A stretch of DNA of 64,000 bases from NCBI GenBank assembly GCA_017429325.1, contig JAFRPC010000028.1, positions 2,376-66,375 on the forward strand. The letters are read 5' to 3'. Positions within the stretch are counted from its first letter, which is position 1; each line of letters opens with the position of its first letter. Both the position numbers and the translations under genes were made by a program. The notes under the pieces are model-generated. The model worked only from the letters and a program-made list of their open reading frames with translations. It was not told where the DNA came from and did no database searches. This document shows, piece by piece, positions 63,355-64,000 of the stretch. This stretch comes from Oscillospiraceae bacterium. Lineage in GTDB: Bacteria; Bacillota; Clostridia; Oscillospirales; Oscillospiraceae.

Positions 63355-64000
63355 AGTCTTTTCCTCCTTTATTTTTTGGGTGAAGAAGGCCTGCGCCTGC
63401 TGTTGATTGCGAAAAATCTCTTCCTTCAGGGCCTCCAGGGAGGGGAACTTCTGTTCCTCCCGGAGGAAGCGGTGGAATTCCACCGTCAACTCCCTGCCGT
63501 AGAGGTCCCCGTCGAAGTCCGCCAGCCAGGTCTCCACCGTGCGGCGGCGGCCCGCCACGGTGGGGTTGGTGCCGACGTTGCATACGCCAATGCAGCGAAT
63601 GTAGCGGCGCACAGTGTGCGCCACGGTTTTGCCAGTCGCCTCAACGACCGTCGCCCGCACCGCGTAGACCCCGTCCCGGGGCAGCAGCAGCTCCGGCGGG
63701 GGCAGGAGATTCGCCGTGGGGAAGCCCAGGGTGCGCCCCAGGCCCCGCCCGGCCTGCACCGTACCGCTGAGCAGGTGGGGGTGGCCGTAATAGCGGGCGG
63801 CGGTCTCCACGTCTCCGGCCTCCAACAAGGTCTTCAGGAAGGTGGCGGAGACGGTGATGCCGTCCAGGGTCAGCCGGGGGATCACGTCACAGCCCAGGCC
63901 GTGCGCTGCACACCAGGCTTGCAGCAGCTCCGGGTTTCCCTCGCCCCGGCAGCCGAAGCGGTAGTCCCAGCCGCAGACCAGATGGGCGGCCCCGAATTCC
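63355..64000 (-). CDS. ribF: Bifunctional riboflavin kinase / FMN adenylyltransferase RibF, C-terminal part (5' end outside the window; no in-frame stop before the AKR gene)
   Basis: The sequence is FGAAHLVCGWDYRFG...GRGLGRTLGFPTANL...NVGTNPTV...ETWLADFDGDLYG. The reading frame runs straight into the AKR ORF. Confidence 0.8.

Overview
High-GC chromosomal window (GC judged by eye, not computed) with Gram-positive-style GGAGG ribosome-binding sites. The gene content (rpmH-rnpA-yidD-yidC-jag, AmmeMemoRadiSam genes, selD/yqeB/yqeC, glycogen genes) and a family of GC-rich palindromic intergenic repeats suggest a Clostridia gut anaerobe, possibly Oscillospiraceae/Ruminococcaceae-like. That taxonomic guess is inference only. 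I call about 62 CDS, 2 pseudogenes or fragments, several intrinsic terminators and promoters, and no tRNA, rRNA or CRISPR array. Many long ORFs in the six-frame track are antisense shadows of real genes, as expected in GC-rich DNA. The left ~38 kb looks accessory and the right ~26 kb looks like housekeeping. The left part holds: (1) a Fic plus antitoxin-like pair bracketed by direct copies of a repeat element; (2) a strikingly AT-rich foreign gene encoding an NYN/PIN-like, FHA-like and HEPN (Rx4H) protein directly upstream of RNA ligase RtcB and a small unknown gene; (3) a chloramphenicol-acetyltransferase-family gene next to a parA fragment, repeat clutter and a duplicated gene end; (4) a stand-alone 1152-aa SIR2, P-loop STAND NTPase and tandem-repeat protein; (5) a co-directional 8-gene, ~10-kb operon built only from GNAT acetyltransferase domains, beta-lactamase-fold serine hydrolases and a TldD/PmbA protease pair, preceded by a consensus promoter, a 12-codon leader ORF and two terminators; (6) a divergent GNAT gene and a second TldD/PmbA pair. 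The right part holds rpmH-rnpA-yidD-yidC-jag, glgP, a GH13 enzyme, glgA, birA, a C69 dipeptidase, comB, ybaK, selD-yqeB-yqeC, mntP and ribF. The best candidates for undescribed biology are the HEPN/RtcB module, the SIR2-STAND gene whose sensor region is made of near-identical 120-bp repeats, and the GNAT/serine-hydrolase/TldD operon with its attenuator-like leader. All domain calls come from motif recognition by eye and no database search was possible.
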